NCBI GenBank assembly: GCA_963575745.1 | Contig: CAUYUJ010000238.1 | Coordinates: 1 to 64,000 of the forward strand | Direction: 5' to 3' | DNA: 64,000 bases | Source of the DNA: Prorocentrum cordatum | Lineage: Eukaryota | Shown: positions 1 through 12,533 of the stretch, in pieces | Layout: each line of letters opens with the position of its first letter | Numbering within the stretch: position 1 is the stretch's first letter | Made by a program: the position numbers and the translations under genes | Notes under the pieces: generated by a model | Told to the model about the DNA's origin: nothing | The model's database searches: none | The model's input: only the letters and a program-made list of their open reading frames with translations

Positions 1-233
1 TCTCCCCAGCAGCACGATGTGTGCAACAGCAGTACCTGCGCTGCTGCACGATCACGCCGCCCATCGACCACACCTGCGAGTGGCCCTTCCCCAGAGGAGC
101 TTGGCGTGCGGGCCCCCCGGGGCCCCCCCGACCGCGGAGCGCGATGCGATAGCAGCGGCCTGCGCTCTTGAATGCGGCCACCCTTCGCCCCCGCTGATCC
201 GCGCATCCGCGCACCAAAGGTCACTCTTGCCTA

Positions 234-373
234 CAGTCGACCCGCAGAGTAAGGATAGGCATCCCTCCCAAGGGTACCCTTGCATCCTTGCCTCCTGGGT
301 CCATCCTTGCATCCAAATGGGCGTCCAAGGCCCTTGCATCCTTATCGCGCATTCTTACTATGCGGGTTGACTG
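234..373. mobile_element. MITE family B (CAGTC-ended TIRs, TA-flanked)
   Basis: TA|CAGTCGACCCGCAGAGTAAG ... CTTACTATGCGGGTTGACTG|TA, with an internal AAGGGTACCCTT palindrome. Confidence 0.85.
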
Positions 374-1651
374 TAGGGGGGGAGGAGGGCTCCACCGTGC
401 CATGCGCAGACCACTGGCACCCTCGCCGGCGCAGCACCGCCTTGCGTGCAGAAGTTGGCAAAATCATTTGCGTCGGCGGCTAGGCAGAGGGACTGCGCTG
501 GCGAGTAAAGCGAAACGGGGCATCGTGAGGCGAATTCGGCCACCATGCAGGAGGGAGGGAGCAGGGGGCGACGAGGCGACGTCCGAGGGAGAAGTTGTCA
601 AAAACACGCGCACACAAAAAAAACTGACACTCTTGCCCAGGACAACTCTTGCGTGTCGCCGAGCTAACGGCCCTGAAGGCTTTGGAAGCGCGAGCGCGGC
701 GATCGGCCGGCCCAGTAGGCCGGCAGCGGGCGAGGTGGTGTCCGTGAGCGCCGAGCGGGAGCGCAGGCGAGCGTTGCAGTGCATAGGAGAAAGCGGTGCA
801 GGAGAGATGTAGGTTGTGTAAGAGCAGCTGCATACATCACCACGGCCAGATACGCTGCATGGCAGAATCCCCTGGAGATGCGATTGCGTAAGACACCACG
901 GCATTTCAAAAAGAGATGGGCGAGGCCAGAATCGGGTCCGTTGGCCGCGCCGCCAGAATTGGCGAAGTGTTCACAGCCATGGCGATCTGCTCGCAGCGGA
1001 CCTGCTCATCGGAGATGACAAGAACGGAACTAGTGACCGCAAAGTGTGTGCGATGAACTTACCAGGTATGTCTGGCAATTCAACGGGCGAAGAACGGTAG
1101 AAAATAAACTGTTCCGCCGCCGGGGACGCCTGCCCCCCGGCCGGCGTGGAGGGCCGCACGGAGAAGCACGAGAGAAGGAGGCAGAGGAGGAGGAGGAGGA
1201 GGAGGAGGAGGAGGAGGAGGCAGGAGGAGAAAGGAAAGCGGAGCTAATAGGAAGGAGATAAGGGGAAGAGAGTTGAGGGGCGGAGGGGCTTAGGAAGTAG
1301 TCAGAGATGAATGCGGAGTATTCGTCCTTACTGGCTTCTTCTTCTTCTGTTAGCTATAGCTGCGTAGTCTTTATGATTTAGTGAGAACGCGTATGGAGGA
1401 GGAGGAGAGGACTGCCGGTAGTCTCGTCGGGCGCGCTTGGACGAGCAGGCTCGAGAGGGCTGCCACGCGCCGCGCGCGAGGTGCGGGCTCGGCAGCCGCC
1501 CGGGGACCCCCCTTTGCCCCTCCCGTTTAGATCCCCCGCCATCCCGCCGTTGACGTCCGCATACCCCTGGAGGAAATGCGAAGGTAGGAGCACGAGTGCA
1601 GCACTGCGAGGAGAGAAGCAGGGGGGGGCCATCGCGGCCAGAGCGCCACAG

Positions 1652-1700
1652 GCTAGTGGGCACGGTGGACCGCGCGGTGAGCGGCGGCGTCTACTTCGAG
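1652..1700 (+). CDS. Candidate exon A of a multi-exon S1/OB-fold-like gene (LVGTVDRAVSGGVYFE)
   Basis: ccacAG|G acceptor, GAG|GT donor, coding-like codons; joins in frame to 5689. Confidence 0.6.
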
Positions 1701-1828
1701 GTGGCTCCCCATGATCGCTTTCTTGGAGCGTCAAGTATTGAGGTTTTTCACGTGTGGTCTTCTGTTTCACGCTCGGCACGTGCTTGTCTGCATGTTTTTG
1801 TTCGCTGTCTTCCTCAATATTCATCATA

Positions 1829-2035
1829 CGGTCTGGAACGTTGGGATAGCGTGTCGCTCCGCCAGTTCTGGCCCACCGCGCTTCGGCGCCACACGCTATC
1901 CATTTCCCGGCCCCCCAGCGTCAACGTCCCGAGCCTTTCCCAGCCTCCCGCCTCGCTGAGCGGAGCGACACGCTATCCGACCGCAGGGCACAGCGTGTCG
2001 CTGGGGCCGACGCGCTGTGCAAAAGCTCCTGACCG
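1829..2035. mobile_element. MITE family C (TA-flanked, with AGCGTGTCGC/GCGACACGCT subterminal motifs)
   Basis: TA|CGGTCTGGAACGTT ... AAAAGCTCCTGACCG|TA; homologues at 37809-37974 and 48076-48289. Confidence 0.75.
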
Positions 2036-3057
2036 TAGGTCCATGCGCTTCTCCTCAGCATCACCTTGTCTTGCTAGCTCCGGCCTTGGGCAGGGTCGGG
2101 CTGAGCTCGCAGGGCTGACGGGGGGCCGGGAGGGGACTCGCGCCGATCGCCTGCGCAGCACGGAGGCGCGAGTCAATTGCCCCCCCCCCCTTCTCCGCGC
2201 AACGCCACTCGTCGGTTTGTGCTGCTGTCCGAGCAGGGGCAGGACTGCCGCACCAGGCAGGGCAGGGGCGGGGCAGGACACGGGGCGCGGCCCCGCCGGA
2301 CAGGCTGTGGCGCAGCACGCTCCTCGTTGTTGGCCGGCCCCGGTCGGCGTTCGCCCTGGTTGCCCCTGCCCGCGCTTCGGCTGGCCATACGCATGGGAAA
2401 GGAGGAGGAGGAGGAGAGGGAGGAGGAGGAGGAGGAGGAGGAGGAGGAGGAGGAGGAGGAGGAGAGGGAGGAGGGAGGAGAAGGCGGGGAGGAGGAGGAC
2501 CCTCTTCACCCGCAGCCGAGCAGGGCTGATCAGTTTCTTGCTCTTAGTTTCGGCTGTAGAAAAATGTTTACTCTTGGAGCCAGCTGGGGGCCAGAGGTGG
2601 CCCAGCACTGGTTCTGGCCAGCAGGAGGGGAGGGCAGGTTCGAGCTGCTGGGCTCGACAGGGGTCTCTGCTTATTTCGGCCCCCTGGGGGTCGCGTTCGG
2701 CCCTGGGACCGTCAAAAACGGATCTCGAGTGAAAAACCGCACTCGATGGACCCAGGGAGGCCCAGGGACCGATTTTGAGCGGACTTGCCCTTTATCCCCT
2801 TCTCTTGGCCGATTTTCCCGAAGTCATACTGCCGCCTTCAACGTTCATACCTCGAGTTCGACTTCAGAGGCGCGCGTCGTCGCCAGCCTCCACTGCCAAG
2901 CGACATGCCCTCCACGATCGACCACGGCAGCCGTTAGGGCCAGCTCCGGCCCACTGCGTCCGCATGCCGTCGCTCGACCGCTCATGGCCCAAGGGGGGCG
3001 GGCTCGCGCCAGCCACCCACGTCCAAGCCTATCGCGGTGTCGGCGGAGCGGGGCACT

Positions 3058-4165
3058 CCTCCTCCTCCTCCTCCTCCTCCTCCTCTCCTCCTCCCTCCTC
3101 CTCCTCCTCCTCCTCCTCCTCCTCCCCTCCTCCTCCTCCTCATCCTCCTCCTCCTCCTCCTCCTCCCTCTCCTCCTCCTCCTCCCCTCCTCCTCCCTCCT
3201 CCCCCCCTCTTCCTCCTCCTCCTCCTCCTCCCTCCTCCTCCTCCTCCTCCTCCTCATCGTCCTCCTCCTCCTCTTCCTCCTCCTCCCCTCCTCCTCCTCC
3301 TCCTCCTCCTTCTCCTCCTCCTCCTCCTACCTCCTCCTCCTCCTCCTCCGCCTCCTCCTCCTCCTCCTCTTCCTCCTCCTCCTCCTGCCCCTCCTCCTCC
3401 TCCTCCTCCTCCTCCTCCCTCCGCCTGGTCTTGGCTTCTGCTCCTCTCCTCCTCATCCTTCCTCCTCCTCCTCCTCCTCCTCCTACTCCTCCTCCTCCTC
3501 CTCCCTCCTCCTCCTCCTCTCCTCCTCCTCCTACTCTCCTCCTCCTCCTCCTCACTCCTCCTCCCACCTCCTCCTCCTCCTCCTCCTCCTCCTCCTCCTC
3601 CTCCTCCTCGCTCCTCCTCTTCCTCCTCCTCCTCCTCCTTCCCTCCTCCTCCTCCTCCTCCTCCTCCTCCTCCTCCTCCTCCTCCTCTTCCTCCTCTTCC
3701 TCTTTTCCTCCTCCTCAACATCATCCTCATCAATATCATCAGAATCATCATGATCAGATTCATCAGCAGCAGCAGCATCATCAGCATCATCATTAACATC
3801 ATCATCAGCAGCAGCATCATCAGCATAATCGTCATCAGCATCAAAATCATCATCGAAATCGTCATCAGCATCAAAATGAACATAATCGTCATCAGCCTCA
3901 TCAGCAGCAGCATCATCACCAGCATCGTCATCAGCATCATCATCATCAGCAGCAGCATCATCATCATCACTATCATCATCAGAATCATCATCGTCATTCT
4001 CCTGCTCCTCATCTTTCTCCTCCCACTCCTCCTACTCTTCCTCTTCCTCCTACTCATCTTCCTCTTCCTCCTCCTCCTCCTCCTCCTCCTCCTCCTCCTC
4101 CTCCTCCTCCTCCTCCCGCTCCTCCTCCTCCTCGTCCTCCTCCTCGTCCTTCTCTTCCTCATCCT
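3058..4165. repeat. (CCT)n-(CAT/CAG)n-(CCT)n compound microsatellite
   Basis: Direct inspection; similar CCT/GGA tracts occur throughout the window. Confidence 0.95.
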
Positions 4166-5011
4166 GCCTCTCATCCCGCTTTGACGTATCTTGTTCGCTT
4201 GAAGTTAGGCTCCAAGAGCATGGCAAGACATTGGATATGTCTCAGCTTTGGAAGGGTTGCTTCCTTGGGATGCGTGGCCTCTGGTTCTGTCCGCATCGTC
4301 CCCTCTGCTCTCCTCCTTCTGCCAAAATGGCGCGGGGGGGAAAATGTGATTCTCCTCCCCTCCCCTTCCCAGGATCGTGGGCGCACTCAAGGCGAGGATG
4401 TCAAGTGTCCTCGCCATTGGCTGCTTATGCTCACAGCTTGTCTTTGTTCTTCCTCACACGCACACACACAGCCCACTCCACGTGGTCGGCCTCGGTCTGC
4501 ATGGCGTCTTCAGAAACGATGCCCTCTGGCGTCTTTTCGCGGATTTCCGGGTTCCCCGGATCTCCGAGGAAAACACACACAACGAAAAACAAGAAAACAA
4601 AAAGACACCGGATGAGCTCGGCCCCTCTGGACCGCTCCGGGGTCCGGGACCCCAGGCCCGTCGCGGCCGCCTTTAGCCAGGGGTGAGCAGCTGGGCTGGG
4701 GAGAGGGGATTCCAGGCCTCCCAAGATGGTCCGGGCCTCCTACGCGATAGGGTCCGAGCAGATGGGGTCGGAGGGTCTTTCCGCATCGGCAATGCGTCGG
4801 CGATGTGGTGCCCGAATTCCTCCACGCCGACGTCGCCATCATGCCTCGCCCACGTCGCCGAGGCTTCGCTGGTGCAACGCCGATACATCGCCGAGGCATC
4901 GCCGATGCAGCGCCGTCCTCCGACCCCCCTTGCTCGGACCCTATCTAGGAGGCCTCTAGATGAGGTCCGAGTAGATGGGGTCGAAGGATCGCAGTGCCAG
5001 GACAGGGGTTA

Positions 5012-5240
5012 ATCGTTCCAGAGCGCCCCGGGGCGCTCCGAGAAGGCCGCGATCGCGGGACTGCTGGGCGGGGGGCCAGGACAGTGAGGCATCGTTCCAG
5101 GGCGCCCCGGGGCGCTCCGAGAAGGCCGCGATCGCGGGACTGTCGGGCGGGGGGCCAGGACAGGGAGACCTCGTTCCAGGGCGCTTCGCTTCGGGGCGCT
5201 CCGAGAAGGCCGCGATCGCCCGAGAGACGCCCTCCAGAAC
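5012..5240. repeat. About 80-bp tandem repeat, 3 copies
   Basis: TCGTTCCAG..GGGGCGCTCCGAGAAGGCCGCGATCGC is repeated three times. Confidence 0.85.
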
Positions 5241-5688
5241 GGCTGGGGGGGGGGGGGGGCTGTCTGACGTCCGTGCGCGCCCCGAGGCCGTGCCAGCCCC
5301 GGGCGCCCTACGGCGCGTGCTGGCCGAATGCCCGGCCCTCTGCCGACCGCCCTCGACAAAAAAAGCAGAGGAGCGGCGCGCGCGGGTCACATGGCCTGGC
5401 TCAGGCACCTCTGACGGGCGAGGGGCAGGGTCGAGGGTCGACCGTGTGTAGTTCGTCAGGAAGTCCGAGGCGTCCGAGGCGGTGCCCGTCCGAGGGGATC
5501 GAGCAGTCGAGGATCCCAGGGAAGGTCGTGGCATCGAGGCTCGAGTCAGGATCCTCCTCCTCCTCCTCCTCCTCCTCCTCCTCCTCCTCCTCCTCCTCCT
5601 CCTCCTCCTCCTCCTCCTCCTCATTCTCCTCCTCCTGGCTCGAGGATCAAGGGGTCGAGGGGTCGGGGATCGAGCGGCCCTCCCCGAG

Positions 5689-5763
5689 GTGGGCCTCATC
5701 GAGCCGGCGTTCGGGCCCGGCCTGTACCTGGACCGGGCCCCCAGCTCGTTCCAGCGCGGAGAG
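5689..5763 (+). CDS. Candidate exon B (VGLIEPAFGPGLYLDRAPSSFQRGE)
   Basis: cccgAG|G acceptor, GAG|GC donor, phase 0/0; a unique GC3-rich island between (CCT)n and (GGA)n tracts. Confidence 0.6.
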
Positions 5764-7544
5764 GCGGGCGGGCGGCGAGGAGGAGGAGCGGCAGGAGGAG
5801 GAGGAGGAGGAGGAGGAGGAGGAGGAGGAGGAGGAGGAGGAGGAGGAGGAGGAGGAGGAGGAGGAGAGGAGAGGTATGGAAGGACAAAAGGAGAGGAGGG
5901 AGGGATGGAGGGAGGAGAGGGGAGGAAGGAGGGAGGAGTAGGAGGAGTACGGAGGATAAGGGAGAGGAGGAGGAAAGAGAGGAGGGGAGAAAGGGGAGGA
6001 GAGGAGAGAGAGGAGGAGGGGGGGAAGATAGGAGGGGGCGGAGGGAGGAGGAAGAGGAGGACCCTCCATCTGTGATCATGTCTTGTTCATCCTCCTCTCC
6101 GCCCGCGACGTGCGAGGAAGAGGAGGACCCTCAGATCATGGCGTTGCATTTTTTCGCAACAGGCGTTTTCGCTCTGCTTCGGGCCCCGGGTCCCTCACAG
6201 ATCGATCCAGCTCGAAAAAACGGCGCAGAAAGATGGGGTTTACGGCTCGGGTCGTGATGTTTCACGATGTTGTATATTGTATGCAACGTCAGAGGAGGAA
6301 GTGGAGGAGGAGGAGGAGGAGGAGGAGGAGGAGGAGGAGGAGGAGGGGGAGGAGAGTTCGGCTGGCCCACGTGAGCCATTCCATCCCAACCTCTCCCTCG
6401 CTCCTGGCCGTTCATTTCCCCGCATGGCCACCGCCCACTGCCTGCCCCTCTGACCTTCACCTCCCACCTCTGGTGGTGGAGGGGATGGTGGGGCTGCATT
6501 ATTCGCGGGGGGAGGACCAGAAACCAATGCCATTGGCTGCCCTTGGCTAGGGCCGGGGCGGCCGGGGCCAGCTCCCTGCACGCGAGTGCCACCGCCATCA
6601 GTCTCAGAGCTCGCCATCAGCAGCCTAACTGCTCTACCAGCCAACACCCAGCCTCATGCCGCCGAGGTCCTGGCTTGGGAACCTTCCTCGAGCTTCTACC
6701 TCGCCACCTGCAACCCGTCCCGTCACCTGCGCCGCAGCCTGAACGTCTCTTCGCTTGCCACCTGTCGACGCTAAGGGGTGGGTTTAAGGCTCGAGGTGCT
6801 TGGGGGGTGGGGGGAGGAGAAGCGGGAGCCAACCTCTGGCCGCCCTTGGCCAGGGCCAGCCGCAGCCCTCAGCCTGCGCGCCGTGCACCTCTATTGCCTC
6901 GACCAACTTTTCCGCCAGGGAGCCACCCATCTCACACCGCCGGGGCTGCTGCTCGGCCACCTCCTCTCCTGTGCGCGGCGCTCCGCTGCGGCCGGAGGCC
7001 GGCAGCCATCTGCCCGTCGCCTAGCACTGCACGCACCCTGCATCGATCCGTGGGCGGGCACATGGACGCGCACGTTGAGCGGCGGGGTCGGGCGGGGGTG
7101 GGGGATCCATGCGGAGCCATTTTCGACCCGCGCCACACGCTGGCGCAAAAAACCTCCCCCTTACCCCGTAGGTCCCCCTGGGGGGAGCCCCTCATTCTCC
7201 CGCCTCCTCCTCCTCCTCCTCCTCCTCTCCTCCCTCCGTCCTCTCCATGCCCTCCCTTCCTCCTCCTCCCGTCTTCTCCTCCTCCTCCTCCATTACTCCA
7301 ATCTCCTACTCCTCCTCCTCTCCTCCTCCTCCTCCTCCCTCCTCCTCTCCTCCTCCTTCCTCCTCCTCCTCCTCCTCCTCCTCCTCCTCCTCCTCCTCCT
7401 CCTCCTCCTCCTCCTCCTCCTCCTCCGCAAACCTCCCCCTTACCAGGTGGATACCCCTGGGGGGGGGCGCGGGCCCAGCGTCGCCCATAGGAACGCGTCG
7501 CCCGCCTCGGCGGGCGAGGGCCACCTGGTCGTGACTGGGGGCCG

Positions 7545-8230
7545 TCCCTTCCTGGCACCCCGTGGGCGAGGGGGACGGGACCCCTGCGCCATCCTACCTT
7601 TCTGGCGAGCGTGGCCCCGGCCACGCTTGCACCCTGCGGCCCACCACCCTCCAGCGCCTCACCTCGCACTGCAGCGGCACCGCCCCTTCGGGGTACCTTG
7701 TGGGCGAGGGGGAGGGGACCCTGCGCCATCCTACCTCATTGGCGAGCGTGGCCCCGGCCACGCTTGCACCCTGCGGCCCACCACCCTCCAGCGCCTCACC
7801 TCGCACTGCAGCGGCACCGCCCCTTCGGGGTACCTTGTGGGCGAGGGGGAGGGGACCCCTGCGCCATCCTACCTCATTGGCGAGCGTGGCCCCGGCCACG
7901 CTTGCACCCTGCGGCCCACCACCCTCCAGCGCCTCACCTCTCACTGCAACGGCGCCGTCCCTTCGGGGTACCTTACGGGCGAGGGAGAGGGGCCCCCTGC
8001 GCCATCCTACCTTTTCAGCGAGCCTGGCCCCGGCCACGCTTGCACCCTGCGACCCACCACCCTCCAGCGCCTCACACATCGCACTGCAGCGGCGCCGTCC
8101 CTTCGGGGTACCTTGGGGCGAGGGGGAGGGGCCCCTGCGCCATCCTACCTTTTCAGCGAGCCTGGCCCCGGCCACGCTTGCACCCTGCGACCCACCACCC
8201 TCCAGCGCCTCACACATCGCACTGCAGCGG
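7545..8230. repeat. 138-bp tandem repeat, about 5 copies
   Basis: CCTGCGCCATCCTACCT recurs at 7583, 7720, 7858, 7996 and 8134. Confidence 0.9.
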
Positions 8231-9634
8231 CAGGCTTTTTTCTTCCCCCAGGACGTGCCCTACGGCGCTACGCACCCTGCCCCTCGTGCTCCGCCTGAGC
8301 CACCCCCACCCGCCGCCTGCCAACTACGCCGCCGCGCCCGTGCCGCCTCCCGCTTCCTGGCCTCGCCTCATCTGGTTACCGTTCAGTTGTTATGCTTCCG
8401 TCTCCCCCCCAGGGGCGTTGGGGGGCACAGCTGCAGCCGAAATCGACGAGCAGGACGGGTAGCCTTCCCAAGGGTACCCTTGCATCCTCCGTTTGGTCCG
8501 TCCTCAGCCACTTCCGATGGCCAGCCCCGCCCCAAGAAGCTTCGCGAGGGGCGTCCGAGGAGATCTTCTTAGGATCCTCTTGGGGTGTCGTCGGGATTTC
8601 ATAGCGGCCTAGGGGGCCTCTTGGAGCATATTGGGTGCCTCGGGGGAGCCTCTTGGAGGAGGAGGAGGAGGAGGAGGAGGAGGAGGAGGAGGAGGAGGAG
8701 GAGGAGGTGGGAGGAGGAGGGGGGGAGGAGAAGGGAGGGGGAGGACGGGGACGAGGACGAGCAGCACGGGGGGGGGGGGAGAAAGAAGAAGAAGAAGAAG
8801 AAGATGATGATGATGATGATGAGGAGGAGGAGGAGGGGGGAGCAGGGGCGGGGAAGCGAAGAGGAGAAGAAGGAGAAAGAGGAGGAGGAGGAGGAGGAGG
8901 TGGAGAAGACGGCAACGAGAACGAGGAGGAAGAAGCAAGGAAGGAGGACGGAGAAATAAGGAAGCAATAGGGACAGAAGTAGAGAGAGAGAGAGAGGAAG
9001 GAGGTAGGACGGAGGAGGGAGGTCCGGGGGGGAGAGGAGGCTAGAGGGGAGAGAGGAGGAAGATCGGACGAGGGAGATCCATGGAAGGGGGGGAAGGGAG
9101 GCAGGAGGGAGGGAAAACGATAGACGAAGCAATAAGGAGTATTTGTGGTGGCCGAAACAGTGGGGGCAGTAGGGTGTTAGGACAGGGGCCGTCTCTCGCG
9201 AGGCGTTGGAGGGATTGGGTCGCGTAGGGGGGTTGAGCTCGGCGTGCGCGGGCAGTCCGGCGCGGTGGCGCGGAGAGGGCGGTGCTTATTCTGCGGACTC
9301 GGGGCACGGAAGAGGGAGGAAGATGCCCGCCACCTTTTCCGCCATCTCTCTATCTCCTCCCTCCCTCTCCCTCTTCCTCCTCGTCCTCATCCTCCTCCTC
9401 CTCCTCGTCCTCCTCCTCATCCGAATTGTCTCTCCTCATCATCATCATCATCCTTCCTTCTCCTCCTCCTCCTCCTCCTCCTCCTCCTCCTCCTCCTCGT
9501 CATCATCAGCATCATCAGCAGCAATGTCAGCGCCATCAACATCATCATCAGCAGCAGCATCATTCCCATCATCATCAACAACATCATCAGCATCATCATC
9601 AGCAGCAGCACCATCATCATCATCATCGTCGTCG

Positions 9635-9704
<70 letters not shown>

Positions 9705-10503
9705 AAGCAGCAGCATCAGCATCAGCATCAGCAGCAGCAGCAGCAGCATCAGCATCATCCTGTTCCTCCATCTCCCTCCTCCTCTCCCTCCTCCCCCGTC
9801 CTCCTCATCGGATCCTCCTCCTCCTCCTTCTCCTCCTCGGATCTTCCTCCTGACGTGCATGAGGAGGAACAGCGGGATGTGGGGTGGAGGGGGGGTGGGG
9901 GGGGGGGGGGGCAGGCCCCATGTTGCCACCTTGCCTGGCCCCTCGCTCGAGTCTCCAAAGAAGGGGCCGCGGTCGCGCCCGGAGCGGAGGGGGGGGGGGG
10001 GGGGGGCTCCACCAACCTCAGGATGATAATGAGAGGAGGAGGAGGAGGAGAGGAGGAGAGGAGGAGGAGGAGGAGGGAGGAGGCGGAGGAGAAGAGGAGA
10101 GAGAGAAGAGGAGGAGGACGACGACGACGTGGACAAAGCGGAGGAGGTGAAGGAGGAGCAGGAGGGGAGGAGTTCGTCTTCCCCTCCTCCTCCTCCTCCT
10201 CCTCCCCTCCTCCTCCTCCTCCTCCTCCTCCTCCCCTCCTCCTCCTCCTCCTCCTCCTCCTCCGCCTCCTCCTCCTCCTCCTCCCTCCTCCTCTTCCTCC
10301 CCTCCTCCCCTCCCCCTCCCTCCCCCTCCCCCATCCCCTCCCCCTCCTCTCCCCCTCCCATCTCGCCTCCCTCCCTCCTTCACTGCCTCCACCGTCCCCT
10401 CACCCACCTCCTCCGATGTCTACCCGCCCTTCTCTTCTCCCCCCCCCCCTCCCCTTCCCTCCGCTCCCTCGCCCCCCAGCGCCCCCGCGATCCGGGGACG
10501 GAG

Positions 10504-10566
10504 GCCGTGGACCTGGTGGTGGTCAGCAGCGACAAGGAGATACTGGTCACCAACAGGCCGCAGGAG
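10504..10566 (+). CDS. Candidate exon C (AVDLVVVSSDKEILVTNRPQE)
   Basis: ggAG|G acceptor and GAG|GC donor (alternative CAG|GA at 10563); completes an S1-like C-terminal half 'F..GE.V.L.VV..D'. Confidence 0.6.
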
Positions 10567-11458
10567 GCGCCGCGCAGGGGTGCCGCCGAATCTGTTGGAT
10601 CGGGCGGCGTTGGCCGCGTGGTGCCCCATGCTTCTGGGGCACCTGCCCCCTGATCTGTCGATCTGGCGTCTACGCGCCAGATCCACGGATCCGTGGTCCA
10701 TGTTATAGCGCGCGCCCGTAAGCCAGATAGTTTTTCGAGCGATGGGATGCAGGGGGCCAGATTGTTTGGGCACAGACGTTGCGGCATGTGTTGTCTGAAG
10801 GCCTGTGTCTCTCTGGCACGGCTTCCTGTCGATCGCAGGTCGCATCTAACCTTGTCCGCCCGCTTTATGTCTGCCGTGGCGCGTTCGTTCGGTCATTGAC
10901 GCTTCCGCTTGCTATCCGCAAGTCCGTTGATGTGCAGGCATCGGATGTGCATATACATGTCTTCTGGTGGTATCGTCCAATCGAATACTGATCATACCAA
11001 GCGGCGTCCCGCGCTCCTGCGTACACTAGCATGAAAGGGCGATAGGAGGCGGCAACCAGAACACATGTCCCCACGTGTTGAAATGGCAGACCTGGATCAG
11101 CGACGACATGAGCCATGGTTTATGTTGCGTGCGTTGGGAATCCGAGTCAATTGGTTGATTATCCAAGGGGATCGCTACCAGCCTTTGGCCAAAGTCATGG
11201 AGGTGTCATTGAATGATGTCTTTCATGGACCTATGATTCCAGGTAGCCAAGCTTGGCTTTATGACTGTGTACACACCCTGACGACGTGGTATGCAGAATG
11301 TCTACCAGTCACCCTGTTCCCAGGGTTGGCCGCCCGTGCATATCACCCCGCCGCCGCTGCACGAATACGCATCACGTGATCGTATCGTGGTTACCTCTCG
11401 CTCTCTCTCTCTCTCTCTCCCTCTTTCGCTCCCTCGCTCTCTCTCTCTCTCTCTCTCA

Positions 11459-11489
<31 letters not shown>

Positions 11490-12108
11490 TCTAACTGTCT
11501 CTGTTTATCTTATGTGTATATATATATACATACATACACATGTGTGTGTCTGTGTCGTCGGGCCGTGTGTGCGTGTCGGCGTCGTAGACTGGGGATACAG
11601 ATATACAGATACGCACATATACTTATATACATATATATGTATATGTGCACATGCATACAGACAGACAGACAGACAGGCAGACATACATACACGTATATAC
11701 ATATAGACACACAAAGGTATGTGTGCGTGTATCCCCCTTCGTGGGGGCGTGCCCCACTTTCCCGCACGCCCGCGCCCCCTCTCCACGCCGCTGCCGACGC
11801 AGAACGCAGGACCTTCCACAGTGCCGGCTCCAGGGGGGGGGGGGGGGCCTTCTGCTGGCCGCTTGACCCGCACACAGACGACCCGCGAGGACAGAGCAGT
11901 CTTGAGGAGGAGCCGAGAGAATTCTGGGCCCGCCTCGTGAAAAATACGGTCGAGCATATGATGGCGAAACCTCCTCCCGAAAGGCTCGGTCCACGTTTCA
12001 TAATCCATGTTCTGGGGACCTGGCCCAATGTCTCGAGCACGTTCGCCCCTCCTGCGAGAGCAGAAAAGCTGGTTTCTGTGAAGGGGCTTATGAAAAAATC
12101 TAGCCTTA

Positions 12109-12271
12109 AGTCGGGCATGTCCCTCTACAGGAGGGACATTCGAAAGTAGTAAATAACAAAAAGAAGCCTGGGGACGATGTTTGACATAATTGTGTTTGTT
12201 TTTCTTTTTCTGGCATGTAGTTTGAGTTAAGTTGTCGCCCAAGATCCCCCCGTAGGGGGACAGGCCCGACC
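12109..12271. mobile_element. MITE family A, reference copy (Tc1/mariner-type, TA-flanked)
   Basis: TA|AGTCGGGCATGTCCCTCTACAGGAGGGA ... TCCCCCCGTAGGGGGACAGGCCCGACC|TA. About 27-bp imperfect TIRs around an AT-rich noncoding core. Confidence 0.85.
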
Positions 12272-12533
12272 TAAAACTAGCCCAGGCGTCTTAAGTCATG
12301 GCTTGTTTGACCATACCTTCGGCCGTATGACGTCGGAGGTCTGGGGGCGTCGACCGACGAGCCGACGGCCTGCGAGCCTCGTGCCGGTGCTGGCGCAGCG
12401 TCCAGCAGCGCGGCGAAGGCCAGCGGGGCGGCCACCTGCCGGGGGACGCCTGCGCGCCGTGCCACCGACCCAGAGCTCGAGTAGCCCGATACACCAGAGG
12501 CACATCAGCCAAGGAGGCGGAGTGCCAGCATAA

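Noticed and set aside
2177..4184. Long ORFs (539 and 469 aa) rich in poly-Ser/Pro/Leu/Ile
   Set aside because: They are translations of stop-free trinucleotide repeats with no domain content. The same applies to similar ORFs at about 9.2-10.7, 13.1-14.9, 18.3-19.8, 51.7-57.7, 60.1-61.4 and 62.4-63.9 kb.
6778..8572. Repetitive proteins from the 138-bp array
   Set aside because: The array is open in several frames on both strands, one unit is 137 bp and breaks the frame, and there are no recognisable motifs.
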